A stretch of DNA of 63,523 nt, counting the filler, from Chiloscyllium plagiosum (taxonomy: Eukaryota), in NCBI RefSeq assembly GCF_004010195.1. It is 4 parts of one record of this genome, joined end to end, with 100 filler letters (N's around TTAATTAATTAA, not from the genome) between each part and the next. Parts side by side here need not be neighbours in the genome. Positions count along the whole stretch, not along the records: positions 1 to 15,447 come from NC_057712.1; 3 more parts are not named here. One strand, written 5' to 3'. The notes under the pieces are model-generated. The model searched no databases. It was not told the origin of the DNA and saw only the letters and a list, made by a program, of their open reading frames with translations. This document shows, in pieces, positions 1-12,690 of this stretch (positions are counted from its first letter, which is position 1; each line of letters opens with the position of its first letter). The position numbers and the translations under genes are program-made.

Positions 1-990
1 CCCTCATCCTCATGCTTGGTCACCTCCTCGAAGAATTCAATAAGACTTGTAAGGCAAGACCTACCCTTCACAAATCCGTGCTGGCATTCCCTAATCAAGC
101 AGTGTCTTTCCAGATACTCATAAATCCTATCCCTCAGTGCCCTTTCCATTACTTTGCCTACCACCCAAGGAGACTAACTGGCCTGTAATTCCCGGGGTTA
201 TCGCTATTCCCTTTTTTGAACAGGGGCACAACATTTGCTACTCTCCAGTCCCCTGGTACCACCCCTTTTGACAGTGAAGACGAAAAGATCATTGTCAACG
301 GCTCTGCAATTTCCTCTCTTGCTTCCCACATAATCCGAGGATATATCCCGTCAGGCCCGGGGGACTTGTCTATCCTCAAGTTGTTCAAAATGTCCAACAC
401 ATCTTCCTTCCTAACAAGTATCTCCTCTAGCTTACCAGTCCGTTTCACACTCTCCTCTTCAACAATACGGTCCCATTTGTTTGTAAATACTGAAGAAAAG
501 TACTCATTCAAGACCTCACTTATCTCTTCCGACTCAATACACAGTCTCCCACTACTTATCAGACCTACCCTCGTTCTCGTCATCCTCATGTTTCTCACAT
601 ACGCATATAATGCCTTGGGGTTATCCTTGATCCTATCCGCCAGAGATTTTTCATGCCCTCTCTTAGCTCTCCTAATCCCTTTCTTCAGCTCCCTCCTGGC
701 TATCCTGTATCCCTCCAATGCTCTGTCTGAACCTTGTTTCCTCAACCTTATGTAAGCCCCCTTCTTCCTCTTTACAAGACATTCAACCTCCCTCGTCAAC
801 CAAGGTTCCCTCACACGACCATCCCTTTCCTGCCTGACAGGTACATACATATCAAGGACACGTTGTATCTGTTCCTTGAAAAGGTTCCACGTTTCCACGA
901 CATCCTTCCCTGACAGCCTATGCTCCCAACTTATGCTCCTCAGATCCTGTCTTACAGCATCGTATTTACCCTTCCCCCAATTGTAAAACC
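1..990 (-). mobile_element. CR1-clade LINE ORF2 fragment (linker and RT N-terminus)
   Basis: ORF 158-994 has CR1 motifs LNEYFSSVFT, DKSPGPDGIYPR and DWRVANVVPLFKKG..NPGNYRPVSL; homology continues past a frameshift to the window start. Confidence 0.95.
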
Positions 991-1014
991 ACATGCAAAT
1001 GATTTATATGAATG

Positions 1015-1430
1015 ACAAAAAGTATTCATGGAATGAGGGAGTTAATGCATGAGGATAGATGAAACAGAATGGCCTTATACCTTTTTTGAGTTTTGAAGAT
1101 TAGGAAGTGATCTCATTTAAGGCTCTGAAAAACTGTTTCCTTAGTTAGAGATTCCAGAACTGAGACAAAGTTTCAGAATAAGTATGGATCATTTAGAATT
1201 AAGCTGAGAAGAAACTCCATCACTAATGGAGGTTCATGATTCAGTAGAACTCTTAACTGCAAAGGACTATAGATTTTCAATCATTATGTATACTCAAGAC
1301 AAATTGTTAGATTTTTAGGTTTTCTAAGTAAATCAATGGTTGTGAACATCAGGAACATGGAATTAAGATTAAAAAATCAGCCAAGATGTTATTGAATAGT
1401 AGAACAGGTTGATCTGATCCTAATGGTATT
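1015..1430 (+). mobile_element. Old, highly decayed CR1 3' end
   Basis: Recognisable but diverged match to the CR1 ORF2 end and 3'UTR seen in younger copies in this window. Confidence 0.55.
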
Positions 1431-2883
1431 CCAATTCTTATTTTCCTAACCTTTCTGGCCCTGGAAAACTAATTTTATAATTGATGACAATTTTTTTTCC
1501 ACTGTAAAAATACTGCTTTTTTAATTTTTTAAAAAATGTTCAGTTTCTGATAGTTGTATCCCCAGACTTTCATCCAATTCTGAAGAAAATGTATAAAAAA
1601 AGGGAAGGACAATCTGTAACCATTTTACTTCTTGGATTTTCTGTCTGTGAGATTATTTCAATGTAATTAGATAACTACCTTATTTTATGATCCCACTGCT
1701 GCTGAGTTCTTTTAATTCTTCTTGACGCAAAATCAGATTCAAATTAACATCACAAACTGTAAAATCCATGTTTACAGAGATTGCTATGTCTTTATGCTTA
1801 TTTCCTTCGAGGTCAGTGGCAAACATCATCACTTCATTACTAACTGTGAAATTTGAGTTATTGGTAAATTAATGTAGATTCAAATAGAATGTTTATCCTG
1901 GATCTAATTGCAGTATTTTATTCCCAGGTGTACAAAAACAGCTGATGCTGACAGCCACTCCTATCTCAGCCCCACATTATATCTCAGAAATAGAAAGAAT
2001 AATCTTCAATCCTAAAGGTCAATCAGCTCAGAACTGTAATACATTTTGGATTCTCCAGCTAATAACTAATAGTTTGAGGTCAGTCATCTCAGCTCCAGAA
2101 CACTTCTGCAGGAGTTCCTCAGACCCACCACCTTCAGCTGCTTCATCAATGACTTTCCCTCTACTATAAGGTCAGTTGTGGGAATATTCGTTGAGGTTTG
2201 TATAAGGTTCAGCATCATGCATGATCCCTCGGATACTGAAGCATTACATGTTCAAAGGCAACAAGCTCTGGACAATATCCAGGCTTGCGCTGACAAGTGG
2301 CAAGTAACGTTCGCACTACACAAATGCCAGGCAATGATAATCTCCAATATAGACAATTTAACCACTGCCCCTTGACATTCAATTGTGTTACCATTACCGA
2401 ATCCCCCACTATTAACATCCTTGCAGTTACCATTGATTGGGAACTCAACTGAAGTCGCCACATTAACACAGTGGCTACAGAGGCAGGTCAGAGACTAGGA
2501 ATACTGCAGCAAGTAACTCACCTCCTGACTCCTCAAAACCTGCCCATCATTTACAAGGCACAGGTCAGAAGTGTGATAGAATAATTGCCTGAATGGGTGT
2601 AACTACGACACTCAAAAAGTTTCATGTCATTCAGGACAAAGTTGCCTGCTTGATTGACATCACATTGACAAGCATTCACTCCCTCCACCACTGATGCTCA
2701 GTAGCAATAGTATGTACCATCCTCAAAATGCATTGCAGAAATTCACCAAAGATCATACAACAGCACCTTCCAAACCCATGACCACTTCCATCTGGAAGGA
2801 CAAGAGTAACAGATACATGGGAACACCACCACCTGCAAGTTCTCCTCCAAGCCATTCACCATCTTGACTTAGAAATATATTGC

Positions 2884-3002
2884 TGAAACTTTATTGCTGG
2901 AACAGCACAGCAGGTCAGGCAGCATCTAGGGAACAGAAGATTCGACGTTTCGGGCACATGCCCTTCTTCAGGAATTCCAGCGTCTGCAGACCTCACTTTC
3001 TC
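2884..3002. mobile_element. 119-nt PLE-derived hammerhead mini-element with 16-bp TSD and internal inversion
   Basis: Perfect direct repeat CTTAGAAATATATTGC at 2868-2883 and 3003-3018; same family as 22895-23025 and ~42056-42184. Confidence 0.85.
2940..2975 (-). ncRNA. Minimal type I hammerhead ribozyme motif (intact core)
   Basis: Minus strand reads AUUC-CUGAAGA-A-GGGC(AUGU)GCCC-GAAA-CG-UC^-GAAU; helix I AUUC/GAAU; ACGU palindrome for a dimeric helix III. Confidence 0.85.
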
Positions 3003-3718
3003 CTTAGAAATATATTGCCATTCCATCACTGTTGCTGGGTCAAAATCCTGGAACTCCCTCCCTATGGGCAGTGTGGATCAATCTGCAGTGATTCAAGAAG
3101 GCAGCTCAACATTACCTTCACAAGGGCAACTATAATCTGGTAATAAATGCTGGCCAGCCAGCAAGGTCCATGTCCCACGAATGAATAAAAAAGTTTGCAA
3201 AGTATTGCCATAGATACAACTGCCAAGTGCATGTTTAATCATTGATGATAATAACTATTATTGTATGTTTATTTAAATGTCTGCCAGCCAATGCAATGGA
3301 CTCTATAATTTTGAGATATAATTGATGAGTAAGAACTCCTCCCATCTCCAGTAGCATGATACACTTGGATACCTGTGACACAATATTGACCATATGGCAG
3401 AAACCAAAATGGCTTCCTTATTTTATTAACTTACTCGTGCACCTAGAATGTTATGCACAAATGCGTAGGTTCTTTATGCCACACAATCTTGACTAATTTC
3501 CCAGTACAGTGATCTTTAACTGCCAATTGGTCCCTCATTAAATCGAAAGCCATTTGTTTTTAAGTTCTGATTCAAGGAATGGAATGGTTACCATAATAAG
3601 TAAAAATGTTAATTTCTGTTTCAAAAATGTTAATGCTGAAACCTGGTACCATCCATCATGTTTGTCAGGTGGGTTGCAAAACTGTTTTTTTTCACCGTGC
3701 TGCTGACAATACTATACA

Positions 3719-4224
3719 CGGGTAGTTCTTGGATAATGGGCGTTCTGGCAAAGCGATTTGCTTATAACGTCGTTATGGATTTAAGGATGGTATGTTCAAG
3801 AACACTTGCCTCTGTTGGTTGATTCGCGTTCTTCATTCTGCACATGTGCTGATGTCTGCATCAAAGTCCTCATGCCGTTCTATGTGTGTGCTATAAGTGT
3901 TTTGAGTGTAAGGAGAGAATGTGATATAGCTCACTTAACAGGAATGAGGGTATCTGCATCTGCTCCTGCATTAACAATATTTTAAAAATATACTATGTTA
4001 AATTTACTTTTGTTTCATTGATAAATATGATTTGTACCTTCATTCAGGCAGTGCTATACTTTGTGTTAGACGTTTGGGTGAGTTTTGAGCAATTGTAAAT
4101 GATAATTTTTGCTGGTCTGCACCAACCCTATTTTTTCCATAGGCCCCATTTTTTATATTAAGTGACTTTCTATTCAGCAAGGTTTTGCTGGAGTGCAATT
4201 ACGGCATTATAGGAGAACTACTTG
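3719..4224. mobile_element. Old Tc1/mariner (Tigger/pogo-like) MITE
   Basis: Degenerate terminal inverted repeats cgggtagttcttggataatg / cattataggagaactacttg, with TA at the right flank. Confidence 0.5.
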
Positions 4225-4859
4225 TACTAAAGTTGTGCTAAGTCTTCAATGATATTCGTAGCAAAGTAATGAATGGAGCTTCATATAATATAAAGTTTAC
4301 TTGCAAGTTTGGAAAAGATGAAGACCCACCAACATTGTGGCACTTTGAATTCCAACCTCAATATCTGGTTTTCTATAATCATTGTGATCTTCTTTCTCAT
4401 CATTACTTCTCTTTGTATCCCTTCACTTATTTTCCATGCACCATCATTTGAATGAAAGTAGACAGGGGTAACTTTGCACTCCATTGAATTTAGTGAAATA
4501 TGCACCAACCATTAGTTACATTGAAATGGGTTTTGGTTGACACTCTTCAACAATTTCTCTTGAATGTCTCAGTGTTTTAATAATTATTTTCCAGGGATGC
4601 GGACACTGCTGGTTAAGCCAGGACTTAATGCCCACCTGCAATTTCCATTCAGAAGGTGAAGGTGATACTAAACCTTCATTTAGTAATGCCCAACTTCCAT
4701 TTGTTACTGGTCTCTGGATTGTCAAAAACAGAATCTTAGCAGGGTGGGGAAATCATTGGATGAAACATATATGTGCTCAGTGTAAGATTTAGATCCGCTA
4801 TCAAGTTGGAGTATTCTGAAAGTTAGTCATATATACTTTAGAAAGCTGGTGTCAAGACT

Positions 4860-5075
4860 TATGATCAAGAAACTGTCATTGATTGTGTTAAAAACCCATC
4901 TGATTTATTAATGTCCTTCAAAACACCCCCAGGTCCAGTCTACATGTGACTCCAGACTCACAGCAACGTGACTAAGCCTTAACTTCTCAATGAAATAGCC
5001 TCACACAGGCAATTAGGAATGGGCAATAAACGCTGGTCCTGATAGTAATGACCACACACCATCAAAAACATTTTA
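4860..5075 (+). mobile_element. SINE fragment sharing its 3' end with the 2095-3192 LINE family
   Basis: ctacatgtgactccagactcacagcaa core and gggcaataaa(c/t)gctgg tail; same family as ~22640-22880. Confidence 0.65.
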
Positions 5076-6559
5076 AAAATCTAAAAGAAACTGGTATTTT
5101 GTTGTCCAGTGTATTTCTTTTTGATTTTATATGAAATTCTACAGTCGGCCAATGTTCCTAAGACTATATTTCAACTTTTTATTACAGCCAACAAAATATC
5201 AGCTATTATTATAGATTGGAGTACTTATTTGAAAATAAGTATCACCAAATTAATATGAAATCGTGGGCTATAGATCCTCAGTCTTTGACTATGTTTAAGA
5301 TAGAAATCTATAGATTTCTGATTACCAGTCGTACAGCATTATGGAGATGGGGTGAGTTAAAGGTTTGAAGTGTTTCATCAGCTGTGATCGTATCAAATGG
5401 CGGGACAGGCTTGAAGAGCTGAATGGTCTACACCTAATCCTAAATTCCTACATGTCAAATGATGGCAAATGCCATGGATTTTCAGAAACTGCCTCATTAT
5501 GGTATTAAGAAAATTTCCTCAAAGGCTTTGAAGCTCCCTCTAGTGGAAATCGATTACATTGCATTTATAACACAAATAAAAATTTATTTTAGGTACTGAT
5601 GCAATTATATCAGAAAAGAGAAAACTTATACTACAGATAGATCACAAGTTGTTACAGAAAATATTGTCACCTGGTAAAGTAGGAACATTGGATGCCGGTT
5701 AGAGGAAAAGTGCTTAAAAATTGTTTACGTTGATTATAATCTGCATTGTTCTGTGGAAGAATTCAAAGAAGGAATGCTAAATTTAAATTTGAACCATTAG
5801 ATATCCAGATACAATTGTAAATGAGCAGGAATAGGTGTTTTGGTTTGGGATAGAATGCAGACCTGTTGAAATTCGTGGAGCATGATAGGGGGTCCAAAAA
5901 AACATTGTAGTGGTCAAGTCTGGAGGTTACCAAAAAATAAATGAGAATTTCAGGAGTAACTAAGCTGAGTTAGAGATAGATGTAAGCAAATTTATCAAGG
6001 TGAAAGTGGAAGATGTTTTTCACGATAATGGGATTTGAAGCTCATTCTGTTCAGAATGAATTGGTGAAGAGCCCATTTGGCAAAGGAGAAAAGAGGTGTT
6101 TCTTTCTTTTCTACCTTTCTTACTCAACTGTATTTGGTTTTCATTTTAGTACAAGGAAGAATGCTGATCTGTCACTAACTAGCATGATTTTTTTTACTTA
6201 TAACAGATCATTTGCAATGATAAGGTATGGTAGGGAGGCTTGGCCAAATGTAATGTCCATTCTATGGCATTTGGCAAGTAAAAGACAAAAGGAAGTGTCA
6301 CCAGTGCAGAAGCTTCAGCTCTGGGGTTTTGAATTTGAGTGGTGACTGGAATCATAGTGGTTCATCTACAAGGCAGAAGACGATATTGAAAACTAGGTGG
6401 GTATTATAGGAGTCTGCGCAGACGATCTTGCTTGCTTACTGGTTTTCTATTAAGGACACCAATAAGCATGATGGTTCCTCAAAGAAGTGTAAGCCAAAGG
6501 CAAATCTACAGCACAACAGGTGTATCAGCTGCCCAAAAAGGGAGAAAGAAAAAGAGAAA

Positions 6560-7520
6560 ACCAAAAATGATAGGGGATTTGTTTGGGCATTTGATAGGGC
6601 ATTTCTGTGTCCATAGACATGACTTCAGGATTGTATGTTGCTTTACTTGTCCCAGGATGAAGGAAGTCAGAGATCAACAGTAGGACATTTTTCTGAGGAA
6701 AAGGTTATGATCCACACTCATACTCACAATATATGTAGGCTGGGCAATGAGGTCCTGAGAGTAGATTTTATGAAATTAGGAAAGAGATTAAACAGCAGGA
6801 TTTCAAATGCAGTAATGTCTGATTACTCCTAGTGCTATTACAGATGAAGATATGATAATTCATAGTGAAGAATAAGATATGACGTAAGAACTAAGCAGTT
6901 ACTTTACATCTAGCTTTGTCAAGAAAGATACAGAAGATTACCCTGAAATGAGAGGAACTTGTGGAAGTGAGGAACTGAAAGGAATTAGTATTAACAAAGA
7001 ACTTATTAAAAAAAACCTGGAGTGAAGTTGATAAATCCCCTGGACCAGACAGGTTATACCCAAGAGTTTTGAAATAAATGCCTATAATGATAATGGATTC
7101 ATTGGTGGCTATCTTTAAAAATATATATTTTGGAAAGGTTCCTGCAGACTGGAAAATAGTAAATATAAGCTCTATTTCAGAAGGGAGGGAAAAATAAATG
7201 GAGAACTATAAACTGATAAATTTGATAGCAATAGTTAAAAAATGTTAGAATATATTATAAAGTTCATGATAACTAATTATTTAAAAAATAATGAAATTAT
7301 TGATGATTAGAAGTCAACATGGATTAATGAAATAAAAATCACATTTGACAACCCTGCTGGGAGTTTTTTGAGGATGCTATTTATAGCATAGATAAAGAAG
7401 AATGAATGGACATGGTGTATTTGTATTTTAAGAAGACTTTTGATAAGAGCCCTTACAGGATACTAGTAAATAAAATTACTGTACATGGGGTAATACACAG
7501 ATATAGATTTACAATTGAGG
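6560..7520 (+). mobile_element. Ancient CR1 (ORF1 esterase remnant plus ORF2 RT remnant)
   Basis: VCC-type esterase remnant near 6630 and DKSPGPDRLYPRVL near 7030; many stops and indels. Confidence 0.7.
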
Positions 7521-8429
7521 TTGATTGAGAATCACCTAGTTCGACTTAACAAACTTGTAAAAGTCATTTCTGGCTAATCAGAATCAACTTATTTAACTTT
7601 AAATTTAAACAAAGCCTTAAGTTAACTGTTAAACAATATTAACCCTTATTGCATTCTTCATGGCAATGTCCTTATCGATGAGAGTCCACTTGCCAATCAG
7701 TCAGAGCTCTCCTCTTATACAGAATAAATGTTGGTATTCTTGTAAATTGCTCTGACGAGTGCAAAATGAATAGTTTCAATAAAATCAAAAACTCAAAAAA
7801 AACAAAACTCAATTGCTATACTGCCAAACAACTATATGTTAGATTTGAAGCAGCAACCAAAATTTAATGGTTACTTGTATTCTCTCCAATAGCGAAATCT
7901 GTCAACCATTGAATTCTTAATGAATGGTTGTTTCCTCAATTTGTTTTTTCACTGGATGCTGTTCTGAGATGATGAGAGAAACAGGCATGGAGGCAGAGTT
8001 CCAGCTGCTGTTGTCACAGATTAATTTTTCTTTCATCTGCTCTGCTGTTCAAAAGCAGCTGTGTTAATATTGTTCAGTGTATATTCCAAACTTTAGCTCC
8101 ATTTTCTTTCCTAATGTGCAAAATTATCATACATGTGTGAACTAAACAGGTGATGCAAATTTCTTGATGCTGACTCAGTTACTTGGTTTTCATATCATTA
8201 GATAACATGGTAATCTCAACAGTCCGAGTTATTTCCACATGGGTCTTGAATAGTTTGCCTCAATTTGATCACTGCAGCCACTTTAGGACCATGTTTCTAC
8301 CTTTTTAAAAGCATTTTAGTCTATGAAAGGTCTCAGGCACAACAATCAGATGATAGATGAAATTGAAATTTGATGTTCATTTTCATTACAGCTGTGACAC
8401 ATGGAATACAATGTGAATAGGTGCTAAGT

Positions 8430-9322
8430 CCATAGGGAGGGCCTCAACCGGGACCTTAGGTTCATATCACATTACAGGTGACCACCATTGCACTCTACAC
8501 ACACACAGATACACACACACAGAGACACACACACACACAAGCGCACAGAGGCACTCCTATACACACAGACACTCCTGCACACACACTCAGGCACTCCTAT
8601 ACACACATACACATGGACACATACACAGACGTGCACACAGACACCCACACACACCCTTACAGACACACACACACTCCCACAAGCACCCCCTCACAGACTT
8701 AAGACACTCTACACTCACTACACACATACATTTTCTCACACTCACAACCCTAACCCAGACAGACACACACACACATACACACACAGACAAAGACCCACAT
8801 GCACACATATATTTTGTGGGGTAAATTTGTATTTGCAGGGTTACGTTGTACTTTGCTCAAAAACTGCATGCATTCATGTAAAACTCTGAGCTCAAAAACT
8901 GCATGAATTCATGTAAAACTCCGTTATCTCACTTTTTAGATTAGAATCAATCTAAACATCATGGCTTAGACAGAGAACACAGGGGGCTAACACCTTCAAC
9001 ATATTGTCTAGCTATCACCCATTGTTAACAGCTAACCTGAGAATCCAACTTTTAAAAAAAGGTTTTGTGATTTACACATGAAAGAAGTGAAACTATCATG
9101 GTTTTCAAACAGATGAAAGACTTAACAATCAATTTTTCAATGTATAATTTCAGTTACATCACACTGTAAAGTTTTGCTTTAAATTCCCTCCACTACCACC
9201 TGATGAAGGAGCGACGCTCCGAAAGCTAGTGTGCTTCCAATTAAACCTGTTGGACTATAACCTGGCGTTGTGTGATTTTTAACTTTGTACACCCCAGTCC
9301 AACACCGGCATCTCCAAATCAT
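8430..9322 (+). mobile_element. Neptune-type PLE 3' part (ORF end, CA-rich tract, hammerhead-containing terminal repeat)
   Basis: ORF end [16 protein letters not shown] (GLN motif of the PLE GIY-YIG C-terminus); CA-rich tract ~8495-8810; near-identical to 15548-16153. Confidence 0.75.
9197..9231 (+). ncRNA. Minimal hammerhead ribozyme motif (intact core)
   Basis: CAC-CUGAUGA-A-GGAGC(GAC)GCUCC-GAAA-GC-UA^-GUG; AGCU palindrome for a dimeric helix III. Confidence 0.8.
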
Positions 9323-9420
9323 GTATTCTCCAGAGTTTTAAAGAGTGAGAGGTGCTTTCATTGAAACATAAAAATCTATTTCAGGACATTACATTGCAGA
9401 ATGTAGATAGATGGTTCTCC

Positions 9421-9553
9421 ATGAATAGGAAGGGTTTAGAGGGACATGGGCCAAATGCTGTCAAATGGGACTAGATTAATTTAGGGTTTCTGGTCAGTAT
9501 GGACAAATTGGATCAAAGGATCTACTTCCATGCTGTACATCTTTATGACTCTA
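9421..9553 (+). mobile_element. CR1 3'UTR fragment
   Basis: atgaataggaagggtttagaggg...gctgtacatctttatgactcta matches the 3' end of the CR1 at 28184-30280. Confidence 0.8.
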
Positions 9554-9953
9554 TACAATTGATAATTTCCAGAAACCAACTATATCAAGAGATATGAGAA
9601 TAGTACAGGAAAGTGACACTCATTTAGATGACCACGCATGATTGTTTGAATGACTGAATAAGCTTGATTGGCTGAATGACTTACTCCCATTTCGGTATTC
9701 CTAAATGAGTTTATAACAGTTCAATTCAGACTGAGTCAGAAGTGAGGCAAATTTATTGTGGCTGGTAAGGATGATGGCTTTGTTCTTGTGATAATGGCTT
9801 GCTGAAATAAGTTACAGTTCATCCAAAATTGGATGTCTGATATGGACTCTAACAGCAGAGAAGTACGCAAGTTGGAAAGATAGATTGTGGAAATTTAGAT
9901 TTGGGTATAACCAACCTACATTTACAAATACACAACTCCATGACTTTACCATC

Positions 9954-10049
9954 AGTTCTGAGGAAGGATCACTGGAAACGTTAACTCTGATTTCTCTCCA
10001 CAGATGCTGCCAGACCTGCTGAGTTTTTTCAGCAATTTCTGTTTTTGTG
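9954..10049 (+). mobile_element. 96-nt hammerhead-headed mini-element (sister family) with 17-bp degenerate TSD
   Basis: Starts AGUU-CUGAGGA...GAAA-CG-UU-AACU with helix II damaged; flanks tccatgactttaccatc (9937-9953) and tccatgacttcattatc (10050-10066) match at 14/17. Confidence 0.7.
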
Positions 10050-10723
10050 TCCATGACTTCATTATCCAATGAAATTGGATAGGAATCTTCTGGGCTGTTT
10101 TCTCTTCCTGGCTCTGGTGTTCTCTTTCTGTTTGTTTTGTCTCTCCCAGGAGACAGAGTCACTGCTGAGATCGATCGCTTAATGGACTCGCTGGTCATTG
10201 CTTCTAAATGTACCTCCATTTAGAAATCAACAGTTTTGGCAAATGCTCGCGTTGACCCCCAAGCCATCAACCTCTGCTCACGGTGCAGTTCTGAAGAAAC
10301 TTGAAGGATTCGCTGAACCTCTTTGCACACGTGATACTTTGTCAAAAGAAAACCAGAAGATTAATTCAATGGAGTTTGTTTATCCAGGTTAACCCCCCCC
10401 CGCAAAAAAGATTTTTTTCATCGAGGGATACGACATCCCTCTCATTATGTCTCGTCGTCGAAACTTTGGACCTTAATGCATTGCCCCCGCCCCCAGCCCA
10501 TTCCTGCCACAACTTTTGCCATGATCCTCTGAGGGTTTTTGCAGCCACCTAAGTGTTTGTTGTGGGTGCAGCAGCGCGCCCAGGGTTACCCTGGTAGCTG
10601 CCGCTTTAAACATCGCTCCGTAGACGCGGTGAGGGCAAACAGGAGAGAGGCAGAAGGAACAGACGGCCCTATCATCGACACGACGGAGAGGAGAGGAGCT
10701 TATGCCAACCCCGCAGGGGTAGG

Positions 10724-10917
10724 GTCTCCCACAGCAACGGCCTCGCCCGACGGGCCTGCCCATAGCAACGGCCGAGACGGAGGGGGTCTCCCATAGCAAC
10801 GGTCAAGCTCGAGGGGCTCTTGTAGTAACGGCCGAGCTCGAGGGGAGTGGGCCCGATAACAACAGCCGAGCCCGGGGCTGGGGGTGGGATCGGGATCGGG
10901 ATCTTCCATAACAACGG
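10724..10917 (+). promoter_or_regulatory. Tandem array of six RFX X-box-like sites, each overlapping a MYB (YAACNG) site
   Basis: Units such as GTCTCCCATAGCAACGG; the AAC ends at 10738, 10769, 10800, 10829, 10863 and 10915. Confidence 0.6.
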
Positions 10918-10961
10918 CCGGGCCCGAGGAGGTGACGGCGGGACTTGGACAGGGCGACGCG

Positions 10962-10996
10962 CGGCCCACGGCCCACGGCCCGCGGCCCACGGCCCG
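10962..10996. repeat. (CGGCCCR)5 heptamer repeat inside the CpG island
   Basis: Read directly from the sequence. Confidence 0.9.
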
Positions 10997-11449
10997 AACC
11001 CGAGAGTCGAGGTGCCACAGCTGCCACCCTGGCCCGAACGGGATCTGGAGCCGCTCCCGCTGGTTTGATTCAGAGGTAACTCTGGAGTTTAATTCCAGCG
11101 GTTGAAGCCGATGCTGATTTGTTCGCCGGGTCCGATGGGGCCGGAGCCGCTTTTGTCGCCGGTTTCTCGACCCGGCGGAAGGGCCTGCGTCCCCGGTCTC
11201 GACCTCTCTTCGTTAGAACGGCCTGACCCCTGGATGGAGGATTAATTCCATGGCGCCGGCCCCGAGCTACCAACTTGGTTTCCTTGCCTTGCAGTCGGAT
11301 TCGGGTGTTCACATGAGTTTACTTTCCTGTTTTTATTTTACTGAACACTTTGTCTAACTTAAATCGTCCTGGATGAGCGGTTCGATTGATTGTTATTTTC
11401 TTTTCACCGATCGCCCCGAAACCAATTGTTATTTTTCTCTTTTTTTTAG

Positions 11450-11510
11450 AACAGATCCTCAAATCTGCAACTGGTCAGAAGCCCATCTTTGAAGGTTTAG
11501 ATTAGTCAAC
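11450..11510 (+). other. Candidate non-coding exon (61 nt)
   Basis: Strong polypyrimidine acceptor ttatttttctcttttttttag| and donor AAC|GTAAGT; stops in all three frames; no ATG. Confidence 0.6.
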
Positions 11511-12189
11511 GTAAGTGATATGTTTATTAAACTCATCGTTATTTAACCCCTGCATTTAAACAGAGATAGCAGGTTGTATTTCTGACGAGTGGTCTTCTGT
11601 GTCTAGCACCAGGATAACTTGGAATGTGTTCACTGGAATTAATTCTCCATCCAGAGGTCTCGCTGTTCGACCGAAGGAAGGTGGAGGGGGACGCACGTCC
11701 TTCAGTCTGATATTTGCCTGTAATACAGGAGTTTACGCGCATACTAGAGGGAGTCTTTAAAGTATGACCCCAGCACAGGCCTTCTTTGTGGCAGTCAGGA
11801 ATGAAATGCCCTGTGGTTATAGTGTCCTCTGTTGCTTTTGATTTTGTGTTACAAGATCATTTTTGCATCATGCATATCTTGTGAAACTGAACCATGCTGA
11901 ATTTCCAAGAGTCCGTTGATGCAATAGAGTTGTAAGAATTAATTGACTTTCCATATTTCAGCAGTTTGGTTGGGATGCCATTCCTTGCGAAGTGTCTTTC
12001 TGCTTATGGTGGAGTCTATGTTGAACTCGAGTGATGAGGGTAATTCATCTAATTCAACCATGACAGGAAACTGTGATGTAGCATCTGTCGTAGTCTGGGA
12101 GATATCTGTAATATGGATGGACAGCTCACAGAAGTGTTCAGCCTAATGAAATATCCTCAATATTTCTGCCAGTGAGTATCTTATCATTT

Positions 12190-12690
12190 GCCCAGTTCAT
12201 TTAAAACATGGACAACGCGCAACTATCAAGAAAAGAAACTCATCAATTTCCATCATTGCTTTATGGGTATATCCTGGAAAGCCAAAATCAAAAACACAAT
12301 AATCCTCTGAAAAACATATCTCCCACATCTATATACTCTCGTCAAGCAGAAGTGCTCTAGATTGTTTTATCATATCCTTAGAATGGAAGACAGTTCCGTA
12401 CTCCATAACTAATGAGGTAGCTAAAGCTAGATAGCCAGTTTGAAGGATGCTTGCTTGCACATATGAAGGCCAAGACCCAACTTATCGCATCTGGGAGTCA
12501 CAAGCTTTCAACAGAGAAAAATGTTGACACCATGCAGTAGCTGGCAGCAAGATAACCAATACTTTGGCAACAGATTGCAGTATCAACAACAATAACCACA
12601 GTGACATTTTCATGCGCAGCACTTATAATAGGAACTGACACTCAAAAATTGGCCTCCTGAACCATCAACAAAGGCGTGCTTTCAGAAAAC
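12190..12690 (+). mobile_element. Decayed RTE-clade LINE 3' region
   Basis: TWTTRNYQEKKLINFH..GISWKAKIKNT..LVKQKCSRLFYHILRMED and terminal CSTYNRN*HSKIGLLNHQ resemble the RTE C-terminus. Confidence 0.7.

Larger units (their letters stand above)
2095..3192 (+). mobile_element. Second CR1-like LINE family, RT C-terminus to 3' end
   Basis: FSCFINDFP-like and QQALDNIQACADKWQVTFALHKCQAM motifs; 3' terminus aataaatgctggcc...atgaataaaaaa; interrupted by an insertion at 2884-3002. Confidence 0.85.
10420..11320 (+). promoter_or_regulatory. CpG island, likely promoter and first exon
   Basis: Sharp rise in GC and CpG against a CpG-depleted background; X-box-like GTTACCCTGGTAGC near 10585; donor-like GCG|GTGAGG at 10628/10629. 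Confidence 0.85.

Noticed and set aside
7750..7780. CTGACGA...GAAT possible hammerhead; also CTGACGA at 11582 and ~39633
   Set aside because: No intact GAAA with supporting helices I and II.
8472..8889. His/Thr-rich and Val/Cys-rich ORFs
   Set aside because: Translations of a CA-rich tract inside a PLE 3' region.
10366..11312. Cluster of overlapping ORFs in the CpG island
   Set aside because: High GC suppresses stop codons; no recognisable domain.
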